From a bacterium (GTDB lineage Bacteria > Hydrothermota > 32-111): a DNA stretch of 55,776 nucleotides. The DNA is taken from the NCBI GenBank assembly GCA_028698175.1, contig JAQVDU010000002.1, positions 1 through 55,776 on the forward strand, written 5' to 3'. The position numbers were made by a program, and so were the translations under genes. The notes beneath the pieces were generated by a model. It made no database searches and was not told the DNA's origin. It saw only the letters and a program-made list of their open reading frames with translations. This document shows positions 28,590-38,472 of this stretch, piece after piece; position 1 is the first letter of the stretch; each line of letters opens with the position of its first letter.

Positions 28590-29667
28590 TTATCTTTTTT
28601 ATTACGAATTCCTGCTCCTCTTCTGTCAGCTCCGGATAAATCGGAAGAGAAAGAACTCTTTGCGACAGATTCTCCGCGACAGGCATGCTTTTGAAATCAA
28701 TGAATGGCCTGAGCGCCTCCTGCAGGTGAAGGGGTCTCGGGTAGTATATCACCGAATCAATCTCGTTTTTTTTGAGATGTTCAAAAAGAGCATCTCTTTT
28801 TTCAGAGATTATCGTGTACTGGTGAAATACGTGGACAGAGTTTTTCCGTTGAATCGGTTTTCGCACTTTTTCCGTGAGCATTTTTGAATATCTTTCCGCA
28901 AGAAAAATCCTTCTTGCATTCTTTTTTTCAAGGTTTTGCAGTTTTACGCTTAAAATTGCCGCATGAAGGGAGTCAAGCCTTGAATTGAATCCTATTCTGG
29001 AGTGTATGTATTTTTTCTCTGAGCCGTGCTGCCTCAGGGAGGTGGCGATTTTAGCTATTTCTTCGCTATTTGTCACTATTGCGCCTCCGTCGCCTGCCGC
29101 GCCAAGATTCTTGGTTGGAAAAAAGCTTATTGTGCCTGCATTTCCAAATGTTCCGGTCTTCTTTCCTCTGTATTCAGACCCTATCGACTGGGCGCAGTCT
29201 TCGATGACGATAAGATTATGCTTTTCTGCAATGCCGCAGATTGCCTCCATATCTGCCGGATTTCCGTAAAGATGAACCGGAAGAATAGCCTTTGTTTTGT
29301 TTGTTATCGCTTTTTCTATCTCATCAACTCTTATATTGAAAGAATCTTCCTCAATATCTGCAAAAACCGGCTTTGCTTTGGCCTGAACTATCGTCTCGGC
29401 CGTGGCGAAAAAAGTGAATGGCGTTGTTATGACCTCGTCCCCCTCTTTTATTCCTGCCGCAAGCATAGCAATGAGAAGGGCATCCGTCCCGTTTGCCACT
29501 CCCACTGCGTAATCTGCTCCAATATAGCCGGCAAGATTCTTTTCAAAATCCTCAACATGCCTGCCGAGGATAAAGGATCCCTCGTCAAAGATTCTGTTTA
29601 CTGCGTCGATATAATCCTTTCTGTAAAGAGAATACTCTCTTCTCGGGTCAAGCATCTTTACTTTCAT
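28573..29667 (-). CDS. DegT/DnrJ/EryC1-family PLP-dependent sugar aminotransferase (WbpE-like)
   Basis: Family-typical [15 protein letters not shown] and [15 protein letters not shown] (PLP Lys) motifs. Confidence 0.9.
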   Translation of the reverse strand: MKVKMLDPRREYSLYRKDYIDAVNRIFDEGSFILGRHVEDFEKNLAGYIGADYAVGVANGTDALLIAMLAAGIKEGDEVITTPFTFFATAETIVQAKAKPVFADIEEDSFNIRVDEIEKAITNKTKAILPVHLYGNPADMEAICGIAEKHNLIVIEDCAQSIGSEYRGKKTGTFGNAGTISFFPTKNLGAAGDGGAIVTNSEEIAKIATSLRQHGSEKKYIHSRIGFNSRLDSLHAAILSVKLQNLEKKNARRIFLAERYSKMLTEKVRKPIQRKNSVHVFHQYTIISEKRDALFEHLKKNEIDSVIYYPRPLHLQEALRPFIDFKSMPVAENLSQRVLSLPIYPELTEEEQEFVIKKINEFYA

Positions 29668-30253
29668 TTATAAAAACCCCGTGTTCGGTCTTTTGGTAAA
29701 ATCTTCCGCACTTTAAGCATTTGTACTCTTCGTTTTCATTTGACATGCCGAATTTGTTCTTCATTTTTTCACCGCATTTGCACATATATCCGATTAATTT
29801 CGCCGGGTTTCCCGCTACAACTGCGAAAGCCGGAACGTTTTTAGTGACTACGCTTCCAGCTCCCACAAAAGCCCATTCTCCTATGGTTATTCCGCACACT
29901 ATTGTCGCATTTGCTCCGATTGACGCCCCCCTTTTAACCAAAGTGGGTATCCATTCTCCGTTCTTGGGATATAAAGCGCGCGGATTAAGGTCGTTTGTAA
30001 AGACCATTGACGGTCCCAGAAATACGTCGTCCTCTACAGTCACCAATCCGTAAACAGAGACATTGTTTTGAACTTTAACCCTGTCTCCTATAACGGCCCT
30101 GTTTTCAACAGTAACAGATTGGCCTATAACGCACCCTTTTCCTATTTTAGCTCCTGACATTATGTGGGAAAAGTGCCATATCTTTGTACCTTCTCCCACA
30201 AGAGCTCCTTCATCCACAAATGAAGATTCGTGGACAAAATACTTTTCTTTCAT
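29648..30253 (-). CDS. Left-handed beta-helix sugar N-acetyltransferase (WbpD/WlbB-like) with a C-terminal Cys4 ribbon
   Basis: Hexapeptide repeats and the WbpD-like string [40 protein letters not shown]-terminal CKCG...CLKCG. Confidence 0.85.
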   Translation of the reverse strand: MKEKYFVHESSFVDEGALVGEGTKIWHFSHIMSGAKIGKGCVIGQSVTVENRAVIGDRVKVQNNVSVYGLVTVEDDVFLGPSMVFTNDLNPRALYPKNGEWIPTLVKRGASIGANATIVCGITIGEWAFVGAGSVVTKNVPAFAVVAGNPAKLIGYMCKCGEKMKNKFGMSNENEEYKCLKCGRFYQKTEHGVFINESKDA

Positions 30254-31170
30254 TCCCTCTCCTTGAAATATTCGGCTGTTTTGCCTATTCCATCCTCAAT
30301 CGGAGTAAATGAGATGTTGTAGTCTTTTGATATTTTTTCAGGGGAAACTACGCTGTTCATAACCTCGCCTGTCCTGCTCTCCTTTAAAATCGGTTCTGCG
30401 GAGTATTTCGGAAAACTTCTCTTAAGAAGATTGAAAATGTCCTTAACGCTTGTTCTTTTTCCGGTGCCGACATTGTACGTTTCTTTGCTTCCGAGGGAAA
30501 CGGAGATTAAATTCGCCTCGGCAACGTCAGATACAAAGACGTAATCCCTGTACATTTCTCCGAATCCGTACAGGACGGACTGTCTGTTATGTTTCATGTT
30601 GTCTGCGAAAATCGCCACAACTCCCGCTTCACCCTTTATCGATTGCCTCGGGCCGTAAACGTTGGCATATCTGAGAATTGTGTAATCGACAGAAAAGCTA
30701 TCTGAAAAAAACCTTATGTAATATTCCGAAGCAAGTTTGGAAATTCCGTAAGGGGCCTTCGGATTCTTTTCATGATTTTCTTCAGCAGGAGAGTTTACGT
30801 CTCCGTAAAGAGCGCCTCCGGTAGAAGAAAAGACAATCTTCTTTGTTTTGTTTTTCTTCATTTCATTGAGAATGTTGATGGTTCCGACAATGTTTGTCTG
30901 GGCGTCTCTCTCTGGTTCTTCCGTTGATATCCTCACGTCTATCTGCGCGGCGAGATGAAAAACCATGTCAATATCAAAGCTTGAAAAGATATTTTTCACA
31001 TCGCTTGAGATTGAGACGTCTCCTTTTATAAACTCCGAAGCGGAGTTTATGTTTTTTTCGCTTCCGGTTGAAAGATTGTCGAAAACGATTGCCTTGTGGC
31101 CCGCCGCCAAAAGTTTCTCTGCAACGTGTGATCCGATGAATCCGGCGCCCCCGGTAACAAGCATCTTCAT
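30250..31170 (-). CDS. NAD-dependent nucleotide-sugar epimerase/dehydratase (GalE-like SDR)
   Basis: [11 protein letters not shown] Rossmann motif and YGISK (YxxxK). Confidence 0.88.
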   Translation of the reverse strand: MKMLVTGGAGFIGSHVAEKLLAAGHKAIVFDNLSTGSEKNINSASEFIKGDVSISSDVKNIFSSFDIDMVFHLAAQIDVRISTEEPERDAQTNIVGTINILNEMKKNKTKKIVFSSTGGALYGDVNSPAEENHEKNPKAPYGISKLASEYYIRFFSDSFSVDYTILRYANVYGPRQSIKGEAGVVAIFADNMKHNRQSVLYGFGEMYRDYVFVSDVAEANLISVSLGSKETYNVGTGKRTSVKDIFNLLKRSFPKYSAEPILKESRTGEVMNSVVSPEKISKDYNISFTPIEDGIGKTAEYFKERE

Positions 31171-32630
31171 ATCTTCACCATTATGCTTCCGGTTATTTCA
31201 TATTTGCTCTCGTTAACCACCGGCTCTTCGTTGTCGTCAAACCCGTTTCTCAAAGACCATTTTGCTGACATGGAAATTCCTCCCCATTTGAAAAAGTCAT
31301 ACTCCAAAAGCAGAAGCGCTGAGATTGTTTTATCTACGCTCCCGGACGGAAATCCGAGCTCGCTGTCCGGCATCTGCGATTCCCATGAAACGTCTAGTTC
31401 TCCGTCTCCCTGCCTTAAATAGGACACGTCAAGATTGATATTCAGTTTGCTGAAGCTCTTTGTGATGACTCCGAACGAAATGTTGTCCATGTCTGTTCCA
31501 GACATGTATGACATGGGCATGTTGTAGTATGAATAGGAGAGCGGCAGATACTCATGGGTGTTGGTATATGTGTTCAAAAAGCAGTATTCCGCGTAGAAAA
31601 TCGGGTTAAGAATCATGTCTGGTGAGTATGTCGCGTTTAGCAGAACTCCTATTTTGTGCGGTACATAATCGTAATCCTTGTCATACTGAAAGTCGTCTAT
31701 GAAGAACTCTCCTGAAAAGATGAATTTTTTAAATGTTTTGTTTGATGCTTCTATAGACCAAAAAATATTGTCATCAGAATGAGAGTTGTACTGGATTATA
31801 TAATAGAACATGGCCGGATTAAGATAGTAAAGCTGGGGAAGATTCGACCTGTAAAGCACAATCTCCTTAAAAGAGAGCTTTGTCTCTAAAGGCAATTTTA
31901 AAGAAACCATATGGCTTGAAAGGTATGCATTGTTCACGCTTCTTTTGTCTGAATAGTGGTATTCCTTCTTGTTTGCCGCAAAGAACGAAAATGATGCTCT
32001 CTCCCAGTCAAATGAGAAAAAAACTCCGTCCATGGGAAGGATTTTTCTTGAAAGAAAGATGTCATCCCTTATGCCCTGCCCCCATGCAGGCCTCATCCTG
32101 CCTGCAAGAAGACTCCACGAATCATCGTAAAAAGCCATATATGTGTTTTGGCAGTCGCTGCCTGTTTTTTTCCACTCATCCATCCTGAATGAAGTTGAAT
32201 CCGTATTTTCAAATGGCGCAAGGGTGATCATTTCAAATGCGATAATCCCGGACGGAATTCTTTTCATTGCATAAAACCTGTTCTTCATCTGAATGTCAAG
32301 AGATTCCCCGTGTGAGAGAGTCAGAGATGCATTGTCTTTTATCAAAAAATCTTTTTTAAGAGAGAATCTGTCAAGTATTGAATTTATGGCAAACAGCTCC
32401 TCCCGGGAAAAAGAATCAAGGGAATTGATTTTATCGAACCACCCCTCTTCAATTGCTTCAAGGACTTTGTCGGACCTGAGCGGAAGATTTGAAAAATCAA
32501 TGTTTATGACATTTCTTCTGGCAAGAAATTCTATGTCCGAATATATGGGGTCTTCGCGGAATATGAATTCCGATGAAAACAACTGCGACGCAAGCAACAA
32601 AAAGAAAACGCAGAACTGGAGTTTTTTCAT
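31167..32630 (-). CDS. Outer-membrane protein, probably Wzi-family capsule-assembly barrel
   Basis: The start was moved to MKKLQF, which begins the signal peptide, because that ATG shares one nt with the upstream stop (TGATG). N-terminal helical segment DPIYSDIEFLARRNVI followed by a Tyr/Phe-rich barrel-like body. The family call is tentative. Confidence 0.55.
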   Translation of the reverse strand: MKKLQFCVFFLLLASQLFSSEFIFREDPIYSDIEFLARRNVINIDFSNLPLRSDKVLEAIEEGWFDKINSLDSFSREELFAINSILDRFSLKKDFLIKDNASLTLSHGESLDIQMKNRFYAMKRIPSGIIAFEMITLAPFENTDSTSFRMDEWKKTGSDCQNTYMAFYDDSWSLLAGRMRPAWGQGIRDDIFLSRKILPMDGVFFSFDWERASFSFFAANKKEYHYSDKRSVNNAYLSSHMVSLKLPLETKLSFKEIVLYRSNLPQLYYLNPAMFYYIIQYNSHSDDNIFWSIEASNKTFKKFIFSGEFFIDDFQYDKDYDYVPHKIGVLLNATYSPDMILNPIFYAEYCFLNTYTNTHEYLPLSYSYYNMPMSYMSGTDMDNISFGVITKSFSKLNINLDVSYLRQGDGELDVSWESQMPDSELGFPSGSVDKTISALLLLEYDFFKWGGISMSAKWSLRNGFDDNEEPVVNESKYEITGSIMVKI

Positions 32631-34012
32631 CAGATTCCCCTTCCCTTTAGAACTATGGGTATTGTCCTGAGAATTATCGCAAAATCGTAAATCAAAGACC
32701 ATTTATCGATATACTCCATGTCTTTATACATCCAGTCAGTAAAGTTGATTTCATTTCTTCCGGAAATCTGCCAAAGACAGGTGAGTCCCGGCTTCATTGA
32801 GAGGCGTCTTCTGTGCCAAAACTCATACTCATTAACTTCATTTGGAAGAGGTGGTCTTGGTCCCACAAAAGACATTTCACCCTTGAGAATGTTTAGAAAC
32901 TGGGGGATCTCGTCGATACTGTACTTCCTGAGAAATCTTCCAAGAGGAGTAACCCTCGGGTCTTCAACTATTTTAAAGACTGGTCCGCTCATTTCATTTT
33001 TATCAACGAGCATCTCCTTCATCTCCTCAGCTCCGTTAACCATGGTTCTGAATTTTATCATCCGGAATGATTTTCCGTTCATTCCGAGCCTCTCCTGTAC
33101 GAAAAAAACCGGACGCCCCATGAAAAAAAGAATAATAATGTAGATGAGCGCATATGCCGGCAAAAGAATGACTATCAAAGCCGCGGCAAATATTTTGTCA
33201 AGAAAATATTTTATGTATATGAGCATGGGTTTTTCGCTGCTGTCTGAAAATTCGAGAAAGTCAAAGCCAAAGACAGTCTGCGTTGAAATGAAATTGCTCT
33301 TTTTTATATTGAACATGGAATCTATGTTGACCATAGTTTTGATGCCCGACTCGGCAAAAAGATTAACATAGGTTTCTATCTTTTCGGCATCTTCTTTTTC
33401 TCCCGCAAATATGACAAGGTCTATCGGCATTGATTTTATCCTCTCAGCAGTGCTTTTATCAAAAGTTTTTATATCATACTCCCTGGCAAGAATTATTCCC
33501 CAGTCCTTGTGGGTTTTTATCATTTGGATTATCTGCATGCAGGACTTTCCTTTGCCGACAACGACAATGTCGCTTAAACCCTCATTGTTTCTGTACTTTG
33601 ATATTTTATAAAACTGATACAGCTTTCTCTCTACAACCAGAAAAAAGGCGTCCGTCAACGAAAAAAAGAGAATAAAGAGCCTCGATATGATAAACCCCTT
33701 TATGAGAAATGTTATGGATAGTATTATAATTGTGCCTATAAAGACAGTTTTTATGACATTGTATGCCATCTCTTTAAATGACTTGTTCGGAAGAATCTGA
33801 ACGTCCTTGTCTTTTGAAAGAAGTATTGTCCACGTGAGGATAATCAGAAAAAAGAGAATAACGTAATACTGAGTATCTATAAGAAAGCTGTTGTTGTCTA
33901 TAACTACATATCTTCTCGCCAAAAAGGCGGCAAAGAAAGCCAGCACTGTCACCAGAATGTCAAGAAACGCAAGAGATATTCTTGTGTGCTCCTTCTTACT
34001 GCCCAGAAGCAT
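32630..34012 (-). CDS. Monotopic-type priming phosphoglycosyl transferase (WbaP/PglC 'bacterial sugar transferase' family, long form)
   Basis: N-terminal TM helices, a CoA-binding-like linker and a C-terminal Bac_transf motif set: RPVFFVQERLG, RPPLPNEV, KPGLTCLWQISGRN. Confidence 0.9.
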   Translation of the reverse strand: MLLGSKKEHTRISLAFLDILVTVLAFFAAFLARRYVVIDNNSFLIDTQYYVILFFLIILTWTILLSKDKDVQILPNKSFKEMAYNVIKTVFIGTIIILSITFLIKGFIISRLFILFFSLTDAFFLVVERKLYQFYKISKYRNNEGLSDIVVVGKGKSCMQIIQMIKTHKDWGIILAREYDIKTFDKSTAERIKSMPIDLVIFAGEKEDAEKIETYVNLFAESGIKTMVNIDSMFNIKKSNFISTQTVFGFDFLEFSDSSEKPMLIYIKYFLDKIFAAALIVILLPAYALIYIIILFFMGRPVFFVQERLGMNGKSFRMIKFRTMVNGAEEMKEMLVDKNEMSGPVFKIVEDPRVTPLGRFLRKYSIDEIPQFLNILKGEMSFVGPRPPLPNEVNEYEFWHRRRLSMKPGLTCLWQISGRNEINFTDWMYKDMEYIDKWSLIYDFAIILRTIPIVLKGRGI

Positions 34013-35036
34013 CTTCCTGCCTCCTGTAATTTTTCATCATTTTAATGAGAGAGTAGATAAAAAGCGCGGAGGTAAATATGACGTATGGAACAAACACTGC
34101 CGGCGAAGGAAGCAGATATGTTAAAATTGAGAATCCGGCGAAGATTATGTTTATTGCATAAATAAGAAGAACCACAGTGTTGTGTTTTTCTCTCTTTCCC
34201 ATAAGAATGTGGTGTATGTGATTTCTGTCAGGGGCAAAAAGGTTTTTGCGCCCAATTATTCTCCTGACTACGGCAAGAGAAAGGTCGAGAAGCGGGTACG
34301 TGAACAGTATAACAAACCCGTACCATGCTTCGGTCATATGGTATGACAGAAGCATTATTATCATCGAAAACATGCTTCCGAGAAACAGGCTTCCCGTATC
34401 GCCCATGAAAATCTTTGCCGGATAAAAGTTGAAAAAAAGGAAGCCCGCAAGGGACCCCATTATAGAAAGTATCAGAAATACAAGATACCATTTACCCGAA
34501 AGAATCGCAAAAAAGAATAGCGCGGAAGAGAGAATCAGGGAGACTCCGGCGCAAAGACCGTCAAGACCGTCTATGAAATTGATGCTGTTTATTATCACTG
34601 CAAAAAGCAGGGCCGAAAAGAGGGTCAGCGTCGCATTTGTGAAGACGATGTCATTGAAAAGAATTGCCAAATCGTTTTTGTTCCAGAGAAAGAAGAATGC
34701 TCCTGCCAAAAGCTGAGCGATAAACTTTGATTTTGCCGAAACTCCCCTGACGTCGTCTATCAACCCGATTACAAAAAAGAGTGTGCTTGATGACAATAGC
34801 CTAAGGGTGGATTTGTCGGCCTCAGCCACTCCCACCGCATTCAGAACAATCATTGTTATCCACGTCGCCCCGAAGAGCCCCACCCCGCCCATTGTCGGAA
34901 CCTTTGACTTGTGAACTTTTCTTTGGTTCGGCAGGTCGTGAAAACCGAAATCAATTGCGAGTCGCTTTATTATATTTACAAGCAACAAAGAGAGGACGCA
35001 GGATAAAGCCAATACCGGAATTATATATTTATTCAT
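33996..35036 (-). CDS. Polytopic priming transferase of the MraY/WecA family (glycosyltransferase family 4)
   Basis: About 10 TM helices with motifs VPTMGG, GLIDD, NFIDGLDGL and IFMGDTGSLFLG. Confidence 0.88.
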   Translation of the reverse strand: MNKYIIPVLALSCVLSLLLVNIIKRLAIDFGFHDLPNQRKVHKSKVPTMGGVGLFGATWITMIVLNAVGVAEADKSTLRLLSSSTLFFVIGLIDDVRGVSAKSKFIAQLLAGAFFFLWNKNDLAILFNDIVFTNATLTLFSALLFAVIINSINFIDGLDGLCAGVSLILSSALFFFAILSGKWYLVFLILSIMGSLAGFLFFNFYPAKIFMGDTGSLFLGSMFSMIIMLLSYHMTEAWYGFVILFTYPLLDLSLAVVRRIIGRKNLFAPDRNHIHHILMGKREKHNTVVLLIYAINIIFAGFSILTYLLPSPAVFVPYVIFTSALFIYSLIKMMKNYRRQEDASGQ

Positions 35037-35099
35037 AGTTTATTATTATATAACTTAAATTAAATTGTGTCAATAAATCAAAGATGGCAAATTATAATG

Positions 35100-35128
35100 T
35101 TGATTTTTTCTTTATATGCGGTTAAAAT
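35100..35128 (+). promoter_or_regulatory. sigma70-type promoter TTGATT-17 nt-TAAAAT for pepF
   Basis: Lies inside the 5'-extended ORF 35067. Followed by AAAGGAGG and ATG 35148, which supports the shorter pepF start. Confidence 0.45.
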
Positions 35129-35147
35129 CATTCTAAAAGGAGGCGCG

Positions 35148-36911
35148 ATGAACAAACGCTGGAATCTTGAATCCATATATCCATCATTCTCATCCCCGGA
35201 ATTTAAGGGCGACTTGGAAAAGTTGAATGATGACCTGGCAAGAATAAAATCTTTCGGAGAGAGTGATTTTTCGGCAAACCCGGACGATTCAATAAAAAAA
35301 TATATTTTTCTGGCGGAAGAGTTTCAAAACATCCTTTACCGGCTCTTTGCTTTCTGCTCCCTGACTTTGTCCGTCGATACTTCAAATCCGGACGGAATGA
35401 ACTATAAAGAGATTCTTTCAAAGAAATCCACACTATCCGTTGTTCCCTTTACAAAGTTTCGCCTGTGGCTGAAGGATTTTGATGATTTAGAATCTCTCGC
35501 TCTAAAAGATGATTTTATAAAATCGCGTTTTTTTCACCTTAAAGAAATACAAACTTCGGCAAAGAGGCTCTTCCAGCCGGAGATTGAAGACATTGTATCA
35601 GACATGCAGCGCACCGGGTCGTCCGCATTTTCATCTTTGCAGAATCAGCTGACAAGCAATCTGTCCGTCGAAGTCGAAATAAAGGGAAAGAAAGAGACTC
35701 TTTCGCTCGCAGCGGCCAGAAATCTTTACTATGACAAGGATTCGTCTCTCAGAGAGAGTGTCTATAAATCTGAATTGGAATCGTATGATAAAATCAAAAT
35801 TCCTTCGGCGGCATGCCTTAACGCTATAAAGGGAGAGGTATTGATGCTGTCAAAGAGGCGGGGCTATGCATCTCCGCTTGAAATGACGCTCGAGGAGAGC
35901 CGCATGGATATGGAGACTCTCAATTCTCTTCTTGATTCAATGAAGGATTCTCTTCCGATATTCAGAAAATACTATAAGCACAAGGCAAAGCTTCTTCGGG
36001 GAGCAGAAAAAATTCCCTACTTTGACGTTTCCGCTCCGGTGGGAGAGGTTGACATCAGATTCTCATATGAAGAGGCCTCGGATTACATAGTGAATGGACA
36101 AACTGCTTTTTCTAAAGAGACGGCGGATTTTATGAGAAAGGCCTTTAACGAACGCTGGCTTGATGTGGAGCCCCGCAAGGGCAAGCGCGGCGGAGCTTTC
36201 TGCAGCACAATTCACTCTGTGGGCCAGTCCAGAATACTCGCCAACTTCACGGGGTCGTTTGACAACATGACAACGCTCGCCCACGAGCTTGGCCATGCTT
36301 ATCACGGGTATGTTTTAAAAGACGAATCCATCCTAAACTCTGATTATCCGATGCCGCTTGCCGAAACAGCATCGATATTTTCGGAGACTGTTGTCATGGA
36401 TTATTCTTTTAAAAACTTTTCAGGCGCAACCCTTCTCACGCTTTTGGAAAATGACATTTCAAGCTCTGCCGCCGTCATTGTGGATATATATTCCAGGTAT
36501 CTTTTTGAAACGGAGCTCTTTAAAGAGAGGGACAGCTCTATTCTTTCTTATCAAAGACTCAACGAACTAATGGCAAAGTCTCAGCTTGACTCTTACGGAG
36601 ATGCACTTGACGAAAGATTCACCCATCCGTTTATGTGGGCCAACAAACCGCATTATTACTATTCAGGATCCAATTTTTACAATTTTCCTTACGCTTTCGG
36701 GCTTCTCTTCGCGAAAGGCCTTTATGCTCTTTACAAAAAACATCCTGAAAACTTTCTTGAAAAGTACAAAACCATTCTGAAAAATACCGGCTGCAATGAC
36801 ATTTACAATGTGGGGCTCTCTGCCGGAATAGACCTTCATAAGCGAAAGTTTTTTGATGACACGATTGAAATGATTTCGGGTGACATTGAAAAGTTCTTGA
36901 CAATGGGGTGA
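35148..36911 (+). CDS. pepF: Oligoendopeptidase F (M3B)
   Basis: HELGHAYH zinc motif and M3B length and layout. The start was chosen at MNKRWNLE after a strong SD. Confidence 0.88.
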   Translation: MNKRWNLESIYPSFSSPEFKGDLEKLNDDLARIKSFGESDFSANPDDSIKKYIFLAEEFQNILYRLFAFCSLTLSVDTSNPDGMNYKEILSKKSTLSVVPFTKFRLWLKDFDDLESLALKDDFIKSRFFHLKEIQTSAKRLFQPEIEDIVSDMQRTGSSAFSSLQNQLTSNLSVEVEIKGKKETLSLAAARNLYYDKDSSLRESVYKSELESYDKIKIPSAACLNAIKGEVLMLSKRRGYASPLEMTLEESRMDMETLNSLLDSMKDSLPIFRKYYKHKAKLLRGAEKIPYFDVSAPVGEVDIRFSYEEASDYIVNGQTAFSKETADFMRKAFNERWLDVEPRKGKRGGAFCSTIHSVGQSRILANFTGSFDNMTTLAHELGHAYHGYVLKDESILNSDYPMPLAETASIFSETVVMDYSFKNFSGATLLTLLENDISSSAAVIVDIYSRYLFETELFKERDSSILSYQRLNELMAKSQLDSYGDALDERFTHPFMWANKPHYYYSGSNFYNFPYAFGLLFAKGLYALYKKHPENFLEKYKTILKNTGCNDIYNVGLSAGIDLHKRKFFDDTIEMISGDIEKFLTMG

Positions 36912-36955
36912 TTTTGATTAGAATAATTCTCCCTTGAGTTATAATAAAAAATGAA

Positions 36956-38299
36956 ATGAAAACCTTAAATGACCAGTTGCACAAAATCCTTTCGGAGAAA
37001 GTGTCGTCTGCAGATTACAGCAGATGGCTCTCCTCTCTGCGCATAAAGGAGATAGACGAGAGAAGCATTACTCTTATCGTTCCGACAAACGTAATAAAAG
37101 AGATGATTGAGGATGACCTTTTTCAGGAGCTTATAGATTCAATCCGCTCTATAATGGACAGGGACCTTCAGGTTAGGATCGTCGCGGAAAAAGATATCCA
37201 CGATATACCGAAGGAGCTGAATCCATTCAAAAACAATGATATAGGCATAATTGACAATTCTTCTCTCAACACAAAATACACATTTGAAGAGTTTGTCGTC
37301 GGAAAGTCGAACGAACTGGCATACGCGGCCTCTTTCTCTCTTACCAAAACTCCGGGCGACCAGTACAACCCTCTATTTATATACGGTTCAAGCGGGCTAG
37401 GGAAGACTCATCTTCTCAATGCAATAGGAAATCAAATAAAGCAGAATGACCCGAAGAAAAAGATTTACTATTTATCGACCGAGAGGTTTCTGAATGAGTA
37501 TGTAATGGCCATCCAGGAGAAAAAAATTCTTGAATTCAGAAACAAATACAGGGCAATGGACGTCCTTCTTATAGATGACATACATTTTTTAAACAAAAAG
37601 GAAGGCACTCAGGAGGAGATATTCCACACTTTTAATGCCCTTTATGAAAACAACAGCCAGATTGTGCTGACGTCGGACAGACTCCCGAATGAGATACCCT
37701 CTCTTGAACAGCGTCTTGTGACGCGCTTTCAGTCGGGCCTCGTGGTTGACATACAACCGCCCGATTTTGAGACGAGACTTGCGATACTGAGAAAAAAAAT
37801 CGAGAGCGATAACATCCAGATAGGAGATGATTGTCTCATATATATAGCAAACAACATAAAGAACAACGTAAGACTTTTAATCTCTGCGATAATAAACATC
37901 CTCGCCCACTCATCTCTTCTTAAAAGAAATATTGACATTAACCTCGTGCGTGAAGTCGTAACTGGCATTGTGAAACCGACTCATGATTCGGTTTTTTACA
38001 GCAAAAAGATAATGCCTGCGGATATCATTAAAACCGTCTCTGAGTACTATAAGATTCCCGAATCCCAGATAACCGGAAAAAAGCGCACGGCATCCCTGGT
38101 TATTCCTCGTCAGATATCAGCTTATCTGATGAAAAAGTTCACGCAGCTCTCTTTGAAAGAGATTGCCGAGCACCTTGGAAAGAAGGACCATTCAACAATT
38201 ATCCACGCAGTCAAAAAAATAGAAGAGCTTGCGGCAAGGAATGATAGCAGGATAAAAGAGGACATCGAGAGCATAATAAGCCTTTTAAATATAGATTAG
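36956..38299 (+). CDS. dnaA: Chromosomal replication initiator DnaA
   Basis: AAA+ motifs GSSGLGKTHL and LLIDDIHF. C-terminal DNA-binding KKDHSTIIHAVKKI. Confidence 0.97.
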   Translation: MKTLNDQLHKILSEKVSSADYSRWLSSLRIKEIDERSITLIVPTNVIKEMIEDDLFQELIDSIRSIMDRDLQVRIVAEKDIHDIPKELNPFKNNDIGIIDNSSLNTKYTFEEFVVGKSNELAYAASFSLTKTPGDQYNPLFIYGSSGLGKTHLLNAIGNQIKQNDPKKKIYYLSTERFLNEYVMAIQEKKILEFRNKYRAMDVLLIDDIHFLNKKEGTQEEIFHTFNALYENNSQIVLTSDRLPNEIPSLEQRLVTRFQSGLVVDIQPPDFETRLAILRKKIESDNIQIGDDCLIYIANNIKNNVRLLISAIINILAHSSLLKRNIDINLVREVVTGIVKPTHDSVFYSKKIMPADIIKTVSEYYKIPESQITGKKRTASLVIPRQISAYLMKKFTQLSLKEIAEHLGKKDHSTIIHAVKKIEELAARNDSRIKEDIESIISLLNID

Positions 38300-38472
38300 C
38301 TGTGGATAAGTGTGTTATAAAAATCTCTTTTCCACAAAATTCTTTCACGGCGGTTATATGTGCATAATTCTGTTGATTTTAAACTGTAATTTTGATATAA
38401 TTTATTACGGTTATGAACATATTGACGCTTAATAATAAAAGTGATAGGTTAAAATAATACTATAAAGGAGGA
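38300..38472. other. Candidate oriC: DnaA boxes plus an AT-rich spacer between dnaA and dnaN
   Basis: TGTGGATAA (the reverse of the perfect TTATCCACA box) at 38301-38309 and TTTTCCACA at 38328-38336, followed by ~120 nt of AT-rich sequence. Confidence 0.55.

Noticed and set aside
35067-35147. 5'-extended versions of tracked ORFs: pepF from 35067, the barrel from 16380, fprA to 53796, Wzi-like to 32702 and perR to 54886.
   Set aside because: The extensions lack homology or contain promoter elements. The internal starts have better SD spacing, begin signal peptides, or form ATGA/TGATG coupling overlaps with the upstream stop.
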